DNA of 52,181 nucleotides from Verrucomicrobiota bacterium (GTDB lineage Bacteria > Verrucomicrobiota > Verrucomicrobiia > Verrucomicrobiales > DEV007), in NCBI GenBank assembly GCA_045046875.1, contig JASFYY010000109.1, positions 1-52,181 of the forward strand, in the 5' to 3' direction. The translations under genes and the position numbers were made by a program. Under the pieces are notes generated by a model. That model was given only the letters and a program-made list of their open reading frames with translations, ran no database searches and had not been told where the DNA came from. Positions 50,227 to 52,181 of this stretch are shown here, one piece after another; the first letter of the stretch is position 1, and each line of letters starts with the position of its first letter.

Positions 50227-50904
50227 TCAATCGAGTAAAACCAGCGTATCCTGCAATTCATTCACATCGCTATCCGCGCGAGGCAGCTTATCCGACAGCA
50301 GTTTCCCCGCCTCAGCAATCACCTTACAGATGGCGTCCGCCGGGTGACTCTGCTGCAGTTCAGAAGTCAACTGATGACAAAGTTTGTCCAAAAACTCTTG
50401 CCCGAACTTATCCAGAATTTCCTGATCTCCAAAAACAACCGCCATGCGCTCGAATAGAGAAACGTAGATGAGCAAGCCGGTTCCCCCGCTGGTATGATGG
50501 ACTCGTTGGTCGAAAAATAATTCGCGCGCACGCGAGGTCACTTGTTGCTGCATTTGCTTGCGCGGCGTGAACAACAGTCGCAGCCAGGCAATGCGGCTTG
50601 ATAACACGACTCCTACGGCAAAAGCTAAGAAGACAATTAGCATCATCAACAAACCTCCGGCAAAAACCGACCTGCCTCCCCAGGAACCTGCTTCACTCAC
50701 TTGCAAAGGATACAGCAACCAGACCATCACCGCAGCAACAGCTGCCAGCCAGATCCCCACTATATCCTCAGATCGGTCATAAGCCCCGGACACTGTGCCC
50801 GCCACTGGCACGATTTCACACGAAGTCATGGACTCAGCTTCGGCCACAGCTGTTCCGACCTGCTTGCGCTGTTGTTCGTTAAAAAAATAAGTTGCTCGTT
50901 GCAT
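50227..50904 (-). CDS. TPM domain membrane protein
   Basis: AVAEAESMTSCEIVPV, HHTSGGTGLLIYVSLFERMAVVFGD, DVNELQD. Likely ATG 50904. Confidence 0.85.
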   Translation of the reverse strand: MQRATYFFNEQQRKQVGTAVAEAESMTSCEIVPVAGTVSGAYDRSEDIVGIWLAAVAAVMVWLLYPLQVSEAGSWGGRSVFAGGLLMMLIVFLAFAVGVVLSSRIAWLRLLFTPRKQMQQQVTSRARELFFDQRVHHTSGGTGLLIYVSLFERMAVVFGDQEILDKFGQEFLDKLCHQLTSELQQSHPADAICKVIAEAGKLLSDKLPRADSDVNELQDTLVLLD

Positions 50905-50914
50905 AATTTTTTGC

Positions 50915-51763
50915 TTACCAGGAACCCGATGCCCCACCCCCTCCGGAAAACCCGCCGCCAAAGGACCCACCGCTAAAACCTCCGCCTCCACCATCGCTAT
51001 CACCAATGGAACTAAGGAAAGCTATCAAAACCGCACCCAACATTCCAAATACAGCAGCCCAAAAAAACCAAGCCCAGCCGCCCGAACCATTTCGGCTAAG
51101 GGATACAATGGAAAAAATCAATAAAGCAAAAATGGCAGCAACCCACCACAGATTAAATCCACCTCTCCCCTTTTTTTCACCTGAAAAACTCACTCCTTGC
51201 GGCAATTCCAGCTTCCGCCCCATCTTATCCAAGGCCTTGACCCCGGCCACAATGCCAGTAGAGAAATTTCCTTTTTTGAACTGGGGGATAATTTGCTGAT
51301 CCATGATCTGACGGCAAAGTGCATCTTCACTCCTACCCCATCCAGCCCCCAATTCGATCCTCGCCTTTCTATCATTCTTAGAAACCAGTAACAAGATCCC
51401 CGTATTCCAGTAGTTCTCTCCCAGGTTTTTGTGTCCGATCTGCCACTGATCGAAAAGCTCGGCGGCAAAAGCTTCGATACTCATATTATCCCCGCCGTAT
51501 TTTGCCATCGACTCGATGGTAACAATAATGATCGGTATCGCTTTGTCTGACAACAAACGGTCACATATAGGTTTGATCGTAGATAATGAGACCGGATCAA
51601 GCATATCCGCACGATCATTAATAAAATCCCGCTCTCCCGGTGGATCCAGTTCAATCCCGGAAGCAAAGGCAGGAACAAACGAGATCCCCATCAGCAAAAA
51701 AACAAAGCAGCTAAACAGACTTGTTTGACAGGGACTTTGTTTCAGCTTTTTGCTCAGATTCAT
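50915..51763 (-). CDS. TPM domain protein (YgcG-like)
   Basis: INDRADML, FDQWQIG, GILLLVSKNDRKARIELGAG, C-terminal GGGFSGGGGASGSW. Confidence 0.9.
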   Translation of the reverse strand: MNLSKKLKQSPCQTSLFSCFVFLLMGISFVPAFASGIELDPPGERDFINDRADMLDPVSLSTIKPICDRLLSDKAIPIIIVTIESMAKYGGDNMSIEAFAAELFDQWQIGHKNLGENYWNTGILLLVSKNDRKARIELGAGWGRSEDALCRQIMDQQIIPQFKKGNFSTGIVAGVKALDKMGRKLELPQGVSFSGEKKGRGGFNLWWVAAIFALLIFSIVSLSRNGSGGWAWFFWAAVFGMLGAVLIAFLSSIGDSDGGGGGFSGGSFGGGFSGGGGASGSW

Positions 51764-52050
51764 CGATTAACATTCTATCCAGCTCTGCACAAAAGGCCAT
51801 TATAAATAACCATCTGTTTTATAACGATCAAGCTAACAAGCCCAATCCCTCCCTCACAGGCAAGGCAGAACTCGCCCTATCCTCTCACTTGGAGAAGCGA
51901 GCTCCGCGAGACCGTGCCCACACTTTCAATACTCGAACCACCACTCCGTCCCCGCCCGCACCCCTCCCCCCCTCCTCTACCTTTCGACGGGTGCAGGACA
52001 AAAAAGTTAGCCATTGCTTATTGAAAGCTACCTTATCACACATCAACCTC

Positions 52051-52133
52051 ATGTCGCCCTTTTAGGGCTGGCAATAAAAACGATTTAACCCCAGCGCTTC
52101 GCACCGGGCTATCACATTTTGTCCCTACAGGAC
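52051..52133 (-). repeat. Tripartite REP-like element, reverse orientation
   Basis: Minus strand: GTCCTGTAGGGAC...AGCCCGGTGCGAAGCGCTGGGG...AGCCCTAAAAGGGCGACAT; same layout as 31780-31866. Confidence 0.65.
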
Positions 52134-52181
52134 AGTTTGCTTTCATCTCTTTTGCACCAACGGTGCTCAATAATATAGCCC

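Noticed and set aside
5156..51728. Numerous 60-260 aa ORFs antisense or out of frame to the called genes
   Set aside because: They are fully overlapped by motif-bearing genes and are expected shadows in DNA with this codon bias.

Overview
Gene-dense bacterial DNA typical of the PVC superphylum, most likely Verrucomicrobiota (inferred from gene content). It carries three Cys-type sulfatases, two PVC-type CxxCH heme/beta-propeller proteins, a DUF1549/DUF1553 + DUF1501 pair, two PQQ-like propellers, two SGNH hydrolases, a GH141-like beta-helix protein, several Tat-exported enzymes, transporters, a dipeptide epimerase/DUF1611 pair, an RRM protein, a RhlE-like DEAD-box helicase and two TPM proteins. 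I found no rRNA, tRNA or CRISPR. Two elements are not properly called in the ORF track: a RAYT/Y1 HUH transposase running off the left edge (639..1, minus) and a broken nucleotidyltransferase pseudogene (20828..20480). Best leads: (1) a nested 54-bp palindromic mini-element inserted in frame into the RAYT just before its putative catalytic Tyr; (2) several distinct REP-like palindrome families across the intergenic spaces, some supplying gene ends and one bracketing the epimerase/DUF1611 module; (3) a mirror-symmetric locus, RRM > MTase >< MTase < DEAD-box helicase, whose two outer leaders share an 11-nt motif; (4) a structured intergenic segment near 14.7-14.85 kb that may be an ncRNA. All product calls come from motif recognition by eye; no searches were run.
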